This document shows, piece after piece, positions 38,679-52,734 of a stretch of DNA of 64,000 bases. This DNA comes from Eledone cirrhosa (taxonomy: Eukaryota): positions 156,302,001 to 156,366,000 of the forward strand of contig OZ024742.1 in NCBI GenBank assembly GCA_964016885.1. The letters run 5' to 3'. Each line of letters starts with the position of its first letter. The stretch's first letter is position 1. The translations under genes were made by a program, and so were the position numbers. The notes under the pieces were generated by a model, which was given only the letters and a program-made list of their open reading frames with translations, was not told the origin of the DNA and searched no databases.

Positions 38679-40332
38679 TATAGTATTAAGGATACTATTT
38701 ATGGTTATGTATATACTAAAACCGTTTATAGTTATATATATATTATACCCTAAATAGTGAAAGACAGTAATTTATTACTATCCTATCTTATTACCAGTAA
38801 GATAAATAGCTCAATATAACACATCAGTTGTTTTACAGAGCAGTTATATAGAGATTACATGAAACAAAGTTCTGTTTAAATCATTTATCTGCTTACAATT
38901 GTTTCTTCCAAACCGAGGTTTGGGGTCTCCGGAGCAATTATTCAGTGATTTTTAACATACTTGACCTCCTTTTCAACACAGTGGGTTGACATTCACCATA
39001 ATAATATAGCATGGTAATTTACATACAGAGATTACAGTCATATTAAATGACAAAATTTAAGTTAAAATTAAAATAAAAATAAAAAATAAAACATTGGCAG
39101 TCTACTAAGATAAAGCGAAAGGAAAGTTTGGAGTAGCCAGTGTATGCAACAGTCACACGTGTGGCATGCACGCGTGTCCTATTTATACAAGATTATAGTG
39201 CGGCAGATTGTTACAAGTAAAACAAGCAGTCAAAGCAAACAATCAAGAGCATCATGGGGGCTGAACTGGTTAAGCATTATTTACACACACCTGTACGATA
39301 TAGAAGCCCGTGTGTGGAGAAAAACCAAAAATATCAAAAATATTACAAATGAGAAGCAAAACAGCACCACTGTCCTCGTACACACCACCACTCTCACAAT
39401 CCGGGAAGCGCAATTTATAGACTACATGTCCATCTCACAATCCACGATGATTCAACATTGGGTTCTTGGTGAACCATGCTAGAACATCACATCTTGTCGT
39501 TCTTTAATTTGATTCCATATAGCAGTTTGTTTTGGTTGTGAGAGATGACATCGTATTATATTCCGGAAGTGTGTGTGTGATTAAGGGGAGTTAATGCGTA
39601 GGAGGAGGTATCTAGCTGATTTCTATAGCTAAATTTATTATCCTAAAGTACATTAATGGTGTCTCAAATGAGTTCCCATCATATAAGGTTATAAACAATT
39701 TCTAAATTTAAGTATCTTTTCTATAAACTACAGTGTAGTCTATCAAGAAGTACTAAAGGTGTTCATATTAGGATGATTACCTTTTATCATAGAGTGCATT
39801 TGTAATATTTTTGATATTTTTGGTGTTTCTCCACACACGGGCTTCTATGTCGTACAGGTGTGTGTAAATAATGCTCAACCAGTTCAGCCCCATGATGCTC
39901 TTGATTGCCTGCTTTGACTGCTTGTTTTACTTGTAACAATCTGCCGCTCTATAATCTTGTATAAATAGGACACGCGTGCATGCCAAACGTGTGACTGTTG
40001 CATACACTGGCTACTCCAAACTTTCCTTTTGCTTTATGTTAGTAGACTGCCAATGTTTTATTTTTATTTTAATTTTAATTTTAACTTTAAATTTATCATT
40101 TAATATGACAGTATTATTTGTATGTAAATTACCTTGCTATATTATTATGATGGATGTCAACCCACTGTGGGTCAATATATACATATGTTTCTATATGTCT
40201 CTTGTGTTGAAAAGGAGGTCAAGTATGTTAAAAATCACTGAATAATTGCTCCGAAGACTCCAAACCTCGGTTTGGAAGAAACAATTGTAAGCAGATAAAT
40301 GATTTAAACAGAACTTTGTTTCATGTAATCTC

Positions 40333-40340
<8 letters not shown>
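38205..40340. mobile_element. Two tail-to-tail fold-back PLE-type insertions of one family
   Basis: Hairpin 38215-38470 with tail to 38615; (AT)n; reverse-complement tail 38685-38850; long arms ~38848-39360 and 39795-40338. HHR motifs at 38258-38304 (-), 38386-38432 (+), 38890-38936 (-) and 40247-40293 (+). Confidence 0.75.
40247..40293 (+). ncRNA. Type I minimal HHR, CCGAAGA core
   Basis: TGCT-CCGAAGA-CT-CCAAAC-CTCG-GTTTGG-AA-GAAAC-AATT-GTA-AGCA. Confidence 0.65.
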
Positions 40341-40403
<63 letters not shown>

Positions 40404-42234
40404 TTGGAACAGGTAAAAGAGTAAAATACTAATGCACACTAAAACACACACTCACACACATCCACCCCATACACACACACAAACACACACACACACGCAC
40501 ATATTTATATTTATATCCAATTTCTAATACTCTCTAACGTTCGCAACTCCATGTAGAAGAAGCAACGTGAAATAAAGTGTCTTGTCCAATGACATAACGC
40601 ATCGCGCGGTCAGAGAATCGAACTCACTACTTCACGTTTGCGCTCTAATTCTACAGCCGTCTTCTATCTGTTAGAACACGAAAAGTGTGAAACAACAGAA
40701 TGTTCACTTTTCATATTCTAACATATATGCGTAACTTCTTCATAAATTTTCCGGGGACAGCCGTGGTGGTGGTGATCGTATGTCATTGGCTAATTTTCAA
40801 CCAATCAGAGTAAGTGTTGATATATATATATATATATATATATACACTATTCCCCCTCTCTCTCTATATATCTTACCCTTTCGCTTTACACTCCTCCCCT
40901 TCAATAACACATTTCCCCCTCTCTATATATCTCTTATACTGTTGCACTTATATTTCCATTTATTTATTACCCCCTCTCTCTATATCTCTTCCACTGTTAC
41001 TTACGCCTGTTTCTCTCTATCTGTTCCGTCTCTATATATATCTCTCTTACTCTTTCGCTTTGCACTCCTCCCCTTCAATACCATCTCTCCCCCTCTCTAT
41101 ATATTTGTTACTCTATCGATGCACGCTCCTCTCCTTCAATATATCAATTACACACTTACGCTTTACACTCCTTTATCCCCAGCGCCCCTATATATACACC
41201 CCCCCCCCGCATCTATATTTTAATGTTCCGTTGCACCGTGAATATATGTGTCTATATATATATACATATATATTGTATATACACATTCATGTATGTGTAT
41301 ACACATTCATGTATGTATATACACTGGTTTTATGTGTGTATTGTAAATTTGTACTGTTAAAACACGAAACTAACATTCGATTGACACTTTGATTACCTGT
41401 ACAGGCAATAGTTATTAGAATGCTGTTGAAGTGTGTATATATTTTTGGGGGACATCCTGTATATACATACATTATATATAATACAATAAACAGATAAATA
41501 CACACATATATATGAGCTTATTTAATTATAAATATTGTGAATTTTTAACTCAGTTCAATTATATATATAAATGTCTTCTACAGGACTAGAACTGTTTCAT
41601 TCGAAAGAAATCATCATAATATTGAGAGGGGGGACTAGATAAAATATTTCAAATCAAATGTGTATAAGTTATAAGTTAAAATGTATAAATAGAGACGATA
41701 GTGGAGGTATATCTGTTTAGTGGAACAGTAGACGATAGAATTAAATACAGACGAGAATCTCCCTTTAATGAAACAGCAGACGATAGAATTAAGGCAATTT
41801 AAATTTTAAGCATTTGCATGTTTGCCTTTCATCGTTACGGGGTCGATAAAATAGAGTACCAGTAATACACTGTCACTATAAGTAGACGACTTTCAAATTG
41901 AATTGTTGGTTCCATTTCTTTAGTATTTTCAATTGTAGTTATCTACTTAAAAAGCGTTACACGGTTAGAGACATAAGTGGTAAGTTATATCTTCCCTATT
42001 AAACCATTGCATTATTTCGCCTACAATAGAACAAAAATGAAATGTTCTTTAAAGAAACAGGAATATAACTTTATAAAAAAAAAAGTTGCATCCGCTTCTT
42101 TTATCATTGATCATTTTTTCGTTTTAATATTAATTGTTTTTTGTAGTTGTTTGTATTAAAAATCTTACTGTAATATTTACTTAAACGGAGGCAGACATCT
42201 AAACTTAAAGATTAATCTTGAGCGAAGGACTAGA

Positions 42235-42327
<93 letters not shown>

Positions 42328-42331
<4 letters not shown>

Positions 42332-42640
42332 GAAGAATGATAAAATTTCAAGCAAAGAGTTTAATTAGGTAATGACTTACAAATTTGTTTCAGTATATAT
42401 TTAATATAATATTAATATATTTTGTAATATTATTAACTAATTATTATAATTACCGCTTCAGGCTTTGTCTATATACTGAAACAAATTTGTAAATCATCAC
42501 CTAATTAAACTCTTTGCTTGAAATGTTATCACTCTTCGTTTTGAATTTCTCCTAAGTATTCAATACTCTGTTGAGAAATACATTTTACATAAACAGTCTT
42601 TGTACCATTTATACGGTATTAATTACTTATATTTATAAAT
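42328..42640. mobile_element. Small fold-back PLE-type insertion
   Basis: Arms 42328-42400 and 42470-42541; GAAAC-AAATTT-GTA HHR half; tail to ~42640. Confidence 0.65.
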
Positions 42641-42729
42641 ATATATATATAGCGTATGATTAGAACTGTGTTTATTATTAATATTTTAATGGATTTAATG
42701 AAAAGTTTTAGGTGTTCATATATATATTC

Positions 42730-42792
42730 TAAAAATGCGCGAAATCGTGAATCCGCGATAGTTGAACCGCCAAGTAGCGAGGTATCACTGTA
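42730..42792. mobile_element. Tigger/pogo-like terminal inverted repeat remnant
   Basis: ...CCGCGATAGTTGAACCGC..GTAGCGAGGTATCACTGTA resembles Tigger ends (CTGTA). Confidence 0.5.
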
Positions 42793-42818
42793 TATATGTT
42801 TAAATATATAGTGTAGCT

Positions 42819-43292
42819 GTGATGTATCTCGCGAGTGAATCGAGACCTGTCACTGATTTTGGTGTCCCCACTGCCGATGTGAATGAGCAACGCTGCACTT
42901 GTGAATTGGGTCTTGATGTTGCAGGCAGTTCATATACTTACAATGATGCGGTCCCACAAGCTTGTTCACATTCCTGTGCTAATAATCTGGATGGGCGTAT
43001 TAAATTGGATGTGAAAGCAGCTTACCGGATGCGGAATCGGGAGAAGTTGAGACAAAAACAGGCCGATTATAGAGCTGTGAATTTTGCTACATTAACACAA
43101 AAACAGGCCAAGTATAGATGTTCAAAACGGTATGAGTTGGCAAACAAGCAGGCCAAGTATAGATCTGCAAATTCAGCTATTATATCTCAAACGCAAGCCG
43201 AGCGTAGAGCTTCTAAACGTACCGAGTTGGCTAAAGAGCAGACCAAGTACAGATCTGCAAATCAAGACAAAGTATTACAAGCGTTGCCTTAA
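42819..43292 (+). other. ORF fragment with 15-aa KQAKYR repeats; probably TE-derived
   Basis: QKQADYRAVNFATLT / QKQAKYRCSKRYELA / NKQAKYRSANSAIIS / QTQAERRASKRTELA / KEQTKYRSANQDKVL. Confidence 0.4.
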
Positions 43293-44757
43293 AAAAATAT
43301 TAAACTAGACATGAAAAATGCGCAAGCTCAAAAGTGCCACAGAATGTTATAATAAACCTTCAAAAGTGTGGGACTAGAGTTGTTGCTAAAAAATATTGTA
43401 ATCATTATATATCGTACATTCTGTGGCATCCTTTATAAAAATAGCTTAAACCAACGAAGCCTTCATTTTTACGCTATTTCACTTAGTTAATTCTTAGAGT
43501 GTAACATATAAAAATAAATACATCTATGTTTAATGTAATAACAGCTATAAGTAATTACGTAATATTATTATCATATACTCATAGTAACAAAATAATTGTG
43601 TTGAAAATTAATATGATGCTTATATGAACGATCAAATCTATAATGATAATTTCTTAAATATACTAATAGTAAAATAATTTAGTTATCTATTGTTACATTT
43701 TCATAGAACTATAATATTAACAATCGTATTGCATTATCAAATTTTTATCACTACAAACTTTCATATTGGAATTACCTTAAGCCACTTATTATTACTTCGC
43801 TTTCGTACTTTTACAGCTGTAGATATTGCGCTGTATCTTATACCTAATATCAATATCTCATGGTAATTTGCATGCAGTGTAAAATAGGTTTATTAATAAC
43901 TTTAATATGAAATGTATTATACAGGGCTGCGGAGTCGGCCAAAAATTGACTGGCTCCAACTCAGGATCCGATACTCCATTATTTCCTAAATTTCAGCTCC
44001 GCAGCTCTGTTATTATATTAATTAATTTATTTTATAGTTGTAAATCATATTTTTATATGTTACACTCTAAGAATTAACTAAGTGAAATAGCGTAAAAATA
44101 AAGGCTTCGTTGGTTTAAGCTATCTTTATAAAGGATGCCACAGAATGTACGATATATAATGATTACAATATTTTTTAGCAACAACTCTAGTCCCACACTT
44201 TTGAAGGTTTATTATAACATTCTGTGGCACTTTTGAGCTTGCGCATTTTTCATGTCTAGTATACATATCACTATATATATAGTAGACCTGAAAAAGCCTC
44301 AAGCTCAAAAGAGCAACAGAATGTTATAATAAACCTTCAAAAGTGTGGGACTAGAGTTGTTGCAAAAAAATATTGAAATCATTATCTATCGTACATGTGG
44401 CATCCTTTTATAAAAAAGAGACTAATAACGAACTCAAGACGACACAATAATTATTTAAGCTAATGTTCAATATCTCATATTAGATGTTTAGTAATGATTA
44501 ATACGAAATGCACTTAAACCGAATTCTATATTATAAATTCACTTAAATAATTATTGTGTCTTCTTGAGTTCGTTATGAATGTCTTTTTTCATAAAAGAAT
44601 GCCACACAGTGTACGATAGATAATGATTACAATATTTTTGAGCAACAACTCTAGTCCCACACATTTGATGGTTTATTATAACATTCTGTGGCTCTTTTGA
44701 GCTTGCGCATTTTACAGGTTAGTTTAATATTTTTTTAAGGCAACGCTTGTAATAACT
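43272..44757. repeat. Four alternating-orientation copies of a ~150-230-bp unit
   Basis: Core AAGCTCAAAAG..CAGAATGTTATAATAAACCTTCAAAAGTGTGGGACTAGAG at 43323 (+), ~44050-44260 (-), 44300 (+) and ~44540-44755 (-). Confidence 0.8.
43922..44009. mobile_element. 88-bp hAT-like MITE
   Basis: TIR CAGGGCTGCGGAG / CTCCGCAGCTCTG; 8-bp TSD GTATTATA / TTATTATA (7/8 match). Confidence 0.7.
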
Positions 44758-44899
44758 CTAGTTAAACATGATATATATTAATAATAAATTATCGTTCTAA
44801 TGTAATTAGATTATATAATTGTTATTTTATAAATGATCTTATAAATATTATTGTAAGATGTATAAACATAATAATAAAAAAAATGATCTAACATAATAA

Positions 44900-45088
44900 T
44901 AATTGTTTCTACGTTTGGCACAAAGCCAGCAATAGCCAGTGCATTACAGGTACTTTATTTTATCGACCCCGTAAGGATGAAAGGCAAAGTGAACCTCGGT
45001 GGGATTTGATCTCAGAATGGCAAGGGCCGTGACTCTATCCGTCAAAGCATGGCGTCCGACCCTCTACCGATACTGCCAATCCACCGCC
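44900..45088 (-). mobile_element. tRNA-derived SINE (octopod-type)
   Basis: Same consensus as the other copies. Confidence 0.8.
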
Positions 45089-45653
45089 AATCTAACATAA
45101 TAATGATAAAATAATCTAACATAAAACGAACTATAAATTAGACAAATATACAAGTAAATATGACACAATCAATATTATAAGCATATTAAAACGAACTGAA
45201 AAAAAATAGTTAATATAAATTTAAAAAATCATATATAAATTAACAATATAACTTACCAAAAGAGAAAAATATTTTGATGGTTAACGACGAAATAGAAGAG
45301 GAAGATTCGAAAGCGAAACGATAAGTAAAGGTGCAAACAAAATGGCGGATGCTTTTGAGCAGCAATTACTCTCGTTGGTTGATTAGCCAAAAAGACGATA
45401 TATTACAAAACATGTTTGGCAGCGATCATCACCACGGCCAGAACACCCCTTGCGTTTTTTATTCACAAGCTACGCATATATGTCAGACACGCAGACTTAA
45501 AAGATTCTGTTGTTAGTCACTGCGTGTCTAACATATATCCTTTTTTACTCGGTAGATCTGTTCTGCTAGGGAACAAGTACCAGACAGCGATATATACATA
45601 TATATTCACACACACACGTGCACACACACACGTACACACACACAAACACACAA

Positions 45654-45792
<139 letters not shown>

Positions 45793-47833
45793 GTGTATGT
45801 GTGTGTGTGTTTGTGTGCGTGTCCAGACCTACAACGAATAAATATATCGCAGAAAGTGATAGTGTAAGATAATGATACATATTTGTTTAACACTTGTTAT
45901 TTGTTTACTAGGAAAATGTAAACGTTTCGCTTTTCAGTCCTTCTTCAGAAAATAGAAAAAGAGATAGTAAAGAATTTAGAAAATTAAGAAATGGAAATTT
46001 GTTAACGGGAGGAAACAGTCGTCTGTTCAGTTCACCATTTTATTATTAGCATATGAGATATAAATTTATAATTAAAACTGGAAATAATCATTGTATATAT
46101 TGTATTAATATGTGTGTGCATGCACGTGTCTACGTTTGTGCGTGTGTCACACGTGCGCATTTGTTTCTGCTGTTAGGAAAGATGTATGAACATCAGAGCA
46201 TGAGAATTCTGGAATTGATAGAATGCGGTTGTGATCTCGCTGGAACTGACCAACACAGGGGAGCTAAAAGATTTACCGCTAGGTTATGTGTGTTAGCATA
46301 AGTTTGTGTGTATGTCCATATACATAATTACGCGTCTGAGCAGAATTAACTTGTATTTGTAATTTTGCATACATGTAAAAGCACACACATATGTGGTCTT
46401 GATCATTGCAGGGTAGTGAGATAGGAAGTGGGTGGTGTCTGTGTATATAATACCACGTCCCATTAGAATACGGTCAATGTAATTGAGAAATGAGACAAGT
46501 AAATCTGGAATACATCCTAATGTCTGACACAATAGCAGCGGATTCCATATATCAGAGGACCATCTGGTCGGAGAACATGTATTAAAAGAAGATACATATT
46601 GTGTATGGACCAATGGCTAGAGGGTGTTTTGAAATAAATCAAGTGGCTATATATTCAATACGTGGGGTACCAAAACTACACCAGACATATCAGAATTACT
46701 CTTTGTGTGAAGCAATTGAGCATTGTAGAGAAGTAAAAGATCACGGAACATGAAATACTTTCTGACGTTCTATCGACTTAACTGATGTGCTTTTTTTAAT
46801 AACATTAAAAATATAACATTTGTATTGTAGCTGGTTTCTAGAGCATAGCGATTGCATTCACTGATATGGGTAAATATGATCGTTTGGTTTATTATACATT
46901 AAATGGGAATCATAATGTTGTGACAATTTAAAAGCAAATTACGGGTAAACAGACTGGTAGTTTATACAAAATATATAAAAAGACAAGTGTGCATATTAGG
47001 AATATTTAACTCACTTTGAATATTTGCCTCCAAACCTTGATGGTTTAGCATCATCTAAATATAATTTTGGATTATAGCGTATGAGGGAAACGTTAAAAAT
47101 ATATAGATGCCAAAATACAATATTGATTTAACAGTGTTTGCATTAAGCACTGAAAGTATAGGGATTAATGCCAGAGAAATGTCAGATGTTTTACCTTTCT
47201 CATCAAAATCCGATATTTTATCAGACCTATGTAGATAACAACTCATTTTTGCAAAATATATATTACCTGTGCAAAAAGATAAACACCGTTCTATGAAGTC
47301 CAATTTCTGTAATGTATACATTGTAAATAAACCAACGATAATACTTTCTGAAGCGATATATTTTTACGACATCAACTAGGTTTTTAGAAATGTTTACCTA
47401 ACAAATTTACAAAAAAGCATTTTAATGAATATATCTAAGATTTTGAATCCGCATACGGTTTGTTTAATGTATAAAACATATTTAAATTTATGACATCAAT
47501 TTGCTAATTACAATAATTTTTAACGACAACCATAAAATTATAACTAAACTCGGCTTCATAATAAAGGATCACGATAAAATAAAATAAAAATATACACTTT
47601 TTGTTAGGAGAGAAACTGAAATGTAAGGTCGGAGTGATTTTCATGAAAATAATTATGAACAAAATGAAATATATCACACCATATGTTAAAGGGATGCAAT
47701 GCTAATAAATGCAATTAAACGTTAATAAATTCTACTAACAATTTAAGGCTTGAATGATATCTACGAAATATGAAATGATGAAATGTTTACATTATGCTGG
47801 AGGAATCATACGGCATTTCATGGGCGTTTATAA

Positions 47834-47924
<91 letters not shown>

Positions 47925-47927
<3 letters not shown>

Positions 47928-49140
47928 GGTGTTGGGAGCTTAAACCGTCAGTATGCGGTAGGCCGTATGAGCACTCGATGCCTTCGTAGAGCATAGTATG
48001 ATATTACAGAAAAAGAAGAATCGCTGTTGCGACGAAAGGAATTTATTGGACATATTACAATTGTTTCTCGGGCGACCAGCTCGAGGCATAATCGATGTGT
48101 TGATCAAACCTGACTCTGAAATCGCGCAGACCTCGGATACGTCTCGATTCTACGAAGCAATCGAAACGTATAAAGGAAACAGTCAATATCACAGTTCATT
48201 AGCTACATAACGTTAAAGGTTAAACAGGGGAAAAGTGTTCAGGGTCTCTAAAGGGTTAAGACGTGTGGACAGAAAGGGTGATCGGTGTGTAAGTATGACA
48301 GAAAAAGAGCGGGTATAATTAAAATAAATAAGTGAGTGTTAATTGTGTATGAAGTTTGTGGTAAAATGTATGTGATCATAAAGAGATCTGGATAGTGAGT
48401 GGAAGAGTTAATTTGTAAAAAGGGGAAGTTTAGGGCGGTTGAGTGTTCGTAGGTATATAATACTAGCTGGAGAGAAGATATGATTTCATGTGTGGACAAC
48501 TTCTAAAGATCTCAGTTTTAAAATTGAGGCAAGTAGTAAGAGTTTTCAGATTTTGCAGCATTCTGTACTTTTCAGTTATACACAAATAACAGTTCTTTGT
48601 GCCTTTCTGGCAATCTTTTGAGTAGTCTGAAATGGACCAATCAATCAAGTATGGAATTTTGCATTCTTTAAACTCCCACACTTTATTAGCCGTTGATGTT
48701 TTTTGTCTGGGTGTTTGAAGGAATCGACATGTGCATAGCATTAGATTTTAAATGTATCTTGTGTCATACCCACGTATCGCTCACTCCTGGCTGCTTGGTT
48801 ATTTACAATGGGTGTCAGTTTGGCCTCGAATACGATTGACTTCGTATTACATTTGTCCCTGCAGCTGGTATAATATACCTACGAACACTCAATCACCTTG
48901 AACTTCCTCTTTTTACAAATTAACTCTTCCATTTACTACCCAGCTCTCTTTATGAACGCATACATTTTACCACAACAATTATACACAATTAACACCCACA
49001 TAATTATTTTAATTATATCCCCCCCCCCCTTTCTTTCTATCACACTTTTAACACTTACACACCGACCACCCTTTTTCTGTCCACCCTTCTTAACCCTTTT
49101 GAGAGCCTGAACACTGTTCTCCTTTTTAACCTTTAACCTT
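47925..49140 (-). mobile_element. PLE 3' end: GIY-YIG C-terminus with inverted partial duplication
   Basis: RYVGMT, KVWEFKE, CYLCITEKYRML..LNFKTEIFRSCPHMK. Arms 48215-48468 and 48863-49140. Confidence 0.8.
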
Positions 49141-49277
49141 TACTTTTTCTACAACCATTAACACTCACATATTCACTTTATTCACATATCCTTTGTCACT
49201 ATCCTTATCCCTTTTTCTGTTTACCTATTGGTTATACTCATTCTACATACACCCTTACATTTCATTATTTTCTTTAC

Positions 49278-49463
49278 AGTGGATTGGCAGTATCGCTAGA
49301 GGCCGGAGGGCATGCTTTGCAGCAATGAGTTACGGCCCTTTATGGTTTGTGTTCTAATACCGCCGAGGTTAACTTTGCCTTCCATCCTTACAGAGTCTAT
49401 AAAATAAAGTACCAGTAATACACCGTGTATAATTGCTGGCCTTGTGCCATAAGTAGAAACAAT
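49278..49463 (+). mobile_element. tRNA-derived SINE
   Basis: Same consensus as the other copies. Confidence 0.75.
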
Positions 49464-49481
49464 AATGTTTTTACGGGAACC

Positions 49482-49548
<67 letters not shown>

Positions 49549-49819
49549 AATATAAGAAAAATGGAGTGCGGCGTGGTTGCACATGGGTTACATATGAATA
49601 AAATTAGTCCTTCATCAGTGATCTTCCAACCTTCATTGGTATTTCATCGCTTTAAAAATCATATACCTCTGGTTTGTGGGAGCAATAATTAAATAAAGTT
49701 ATTGGGACAAGTAAAAGAGTGTGTAGCGAAGGATATATATATATATATATTTCTGTTACAGAAACATATGACAATACCTAATAAATTCCTTTATAAAAGC
49801 ACTTTCATTTTATATTCAT

Positions 49820-49887
<68 letters not shown>

Positions 49888-49891
<4 letters not shown>

Positions 49892-52562
49892 AACAAGTAG
49901 GACACATACGGCTGAGCTCAAGCCCTTTCGACGGCTAATTATGGACTAAATGAAAATGATTATCCGGGTAAATGAATAGCCGAACTTCTCAGTGGGTAGT
50001 TCCATATATGGTAAAAGTGATTGTCACAAGGATTGGTCAAAAGTTTGTTGTTGAGGGGTAGCTGAACTTGCCAGTAGAAGAAAGAGGGAGAGGGAGTGGA
50101 AGAAACCCAGCTGAGCGTTGAAAGTGACAACTACAGCAGATTCTGAGGATAGAAGGTCGAGAAAAAGTATACTAGAGAACGTGAAGGGGGAGGAAGTCGA
50201 AACAATAAATAAATCTATATGGAGTAAATATATAGAAAAATATAAAAAATATAAAAAATATAAAAAATATAAAAAATATAAAAAATATAAAAAAAAAATT
50301 TCTGGTTACTATTCCCCTTCCACAATCATCAAATATCTCACTGGTACGGCTAAGCTATATCGTCTGTCCAATAATGAGCAGATATTCGAGAAATATGCGC
50401 CTTATTACAACCAGGCCCTCAAGCGGAGTGGCTTCCGGGAGGAAATATACTATTGTCCAGCTTCCATTAGCGGAACCAGCAGGCGACACCGCCGCTCACG
50501 CAACGTAACATGGTTCAATCCTCCCCACAACCCCAAGGTGACAACACCTGTCGGGAAAATCTTCTTTAGGCTCATCGAAAAACACTTCCCACTACAACAC
50601 CTCTACCACAACATAATCAACAAAAGTACCATGAAACTCTCCTACAGCACCAGACCTAACTTTGTACAAAACATCGTCTCCTCTAACAACAACAAACTCA
50701 ACCCCTATGGAAGAAATAATCTAGATAGCAGTGGAGAGCCGACCAGGAGATGTAATTGTCCTGATGGATCCCTTTTGCCCCTCGGCAAAAGATTCAGAGA
50801 TCGTAATGTGATCTACCAGTGCAACGGACACCTCCAACAAAGCTTATATAGGATTAACCGCTTGTGACTTCAAGACCCGGCTATACCAACACAGACATAC
50901 TTTCAGAAAATCGGCCCGGCGTCACGCCACTACACTTTCGGGCCACATCTGGGACCTCAAAGATAAAAAGATAACCTATAATCTCACTTGGAGCTTACTG
51001 TCCAGAGCCTAACTTTTACACGCGAGGACGCCGTCCGTGTAACTCATGCTCGGAGGAAACATTACAAATGCTGTTTTCGACGGACCAACTCGTAACAAGA
51101 AAGACGAACTGGTAACTGCATGCAAACACAGATTGCGTAGGACTTACCTCGCCCTCAAACCCCATAATGACCCGGAGGGTGGGTAGACAAGTGCTGAAAC
51201 ACCCCACTTGCCGACTTTGTAATGGGTAACCCATGTTTACAAAGGTAGACGTATCTTTTTTGTATATATTTTCTTATATAGTTTTTATCATTTCCTCTAT
51301 ATTTCTTTCTCCCCCCCCCCCCATCCATTCCTAGTCCATCCACCCCATATCTCCTTCTTTGTCGTCGTTCTTTTCACCTTCTCGCCCACCACGAGGCAGC
51401 CCTTCGGTCCGCTGTAGCCTCAGTACCGCCATCCCCCTTATGTTCTGATAGAACTGGCCGATTCCGCTTTTCATACCAGATGTGCTAGAACCCAGATACT
51501 TACTTTCTTCTCTAATTGCTGCCCCATTTCCGTGATTTCGAGATTTCTTAGTGGTATTTCTGCTTTAGTTTCTCTATATCAGTATTTATTATTTTTTGAG
51601 GGGAGGGGGGGATTCTGAATTTATTTTTCGTATTAATTTTTCATTTATATTGTACGAGCATTTATGTAGGTTGGATTCGAATGTATGTATTGTAGCAGTA
51701 TTTATATATATCGTATTAGTTTTTATATTTATTGCATGAGTATTTATGTAGTTTGTATTAGAATTTATGTATTGTAGCAGAACTTATATATATCGTATTA
51801 GTATTCATGTTTCGGGATTCTGAATTAATATTTCGTATTAGTTTCGGGACTCGGAATTATTGTTTCGTATTATCTTTTTTTGTATTTTGGCCCCTTACTT
51901 GTTGACCTGTCATTGTAAGATAGATTTGGCTGATTACTACTACACATAAAATTATTTCTCTACAATCTCGTATTTAGTATTCCGTCCCACCTATTAAACT
52001 TTTCTATAGCTTAGCAGTACCAGTGAGAGATTTGATGATTGGGGAAGGGGAATAGTAGCCAGAAATTATTTTTTTTTACATTTTTTATATTTTTTATATT
52101 TTTCTATATATTTACTCCATATAGATTTACTTATAGTTTCGACTTCCCCCCTCCCCTTCTCTAGTATACTTTTTTCGACCTTCTATCCTTAGAATCTGCT
52201 GTAGTTGTCACTTTTAACGCTCGACTGGGTTTCCTCCACTCCCTCTTCCTCTTTCTTCTACTGGCAAGTTCAGCTACCCCTACCTTCCACAAAATATCAT
52301 GATAGAATCATGTGTCTCGACAACAAACTTTTGACCAATCCTTGTGACAATCACATTTAGCATATATGGAATTACCCCCTGAGAAGTTCGGCTATTCATT
52401 TACCAGGATAAAAATGTTCATTTAGTCCAGAATTAGCCGCCGAAACGGCTTGAGCTCAGCCGTCTGGGCCCTACTTGTTCCTATTACCCTCTCTACTACC
52501 CTAAGTATTGAGCACTTTGGTGCGTTATGGTCCATATGGTTCCTTACAACATCTCCTTCGTT
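49888..52562 (+). mobile_element. 5'-truncated PLE with inverted pLTR (arms 49888-50350 and 52010-52483)
   Basis: RLSNNEQIFEK..YYNQALKRSGF, TWFNPP..VGKIFFRLIEKHFP, CNC, VIYQC..AYIG (GIY-YIG), HIWDLK. (AT)n flanks. HHR-like motif at 52375-52468. Confidence 0.85.
52375..52468 (+). ncRNA. HHR-like motif with non-canonical CTGAGAA core
   Basis: CCC(C/A)-CTGAGAA-G..CGGCTA...TAGCCG..-GAAAC-GGCT-TGAGCTC-AGCC-GTC-TGGG; 6-bp stem III, GUC triplet. Confidence 0.55.
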
Positions 52563-52690
52563 ATATATATATATATATATTGTTATAATTGGGGAGGGTC
52601 ATATTGTGTAATAATATTGCCAGAAATAATAACAGAACACAATCACGTGGCGTAAACGTTACAATACATTAGGAGGGAACATGATAATAG

Positions 52691-52734
52691 TACCACTGAT
52701 GATGTTGCAGATGTGCAACGAAAGAACGTTGTTA
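52691..52734 (+). ncRNA. Degenerate type I HHR
   Basis: TACCA-CTGATGA-T-GTTGCA-GATG-TGCAAC-GAAAG-AA-CGT-TGTTA; U16.1 is mutated. Confidence 0.5.

Noticed and set aside
45918-45952. Minus-strand CTGAAGA..GAAAC-GTT motif
   Set aside because: Looks like a decayed PLE HHR, but stem I and stem II do not pair.
50118-50867. 249-aa ORF with KKY repeats as a host gene
   Set aside because: It is a chimera of the inverted pLTR arm (9-bp AAAAATATA expansion) read into the PLE linker.
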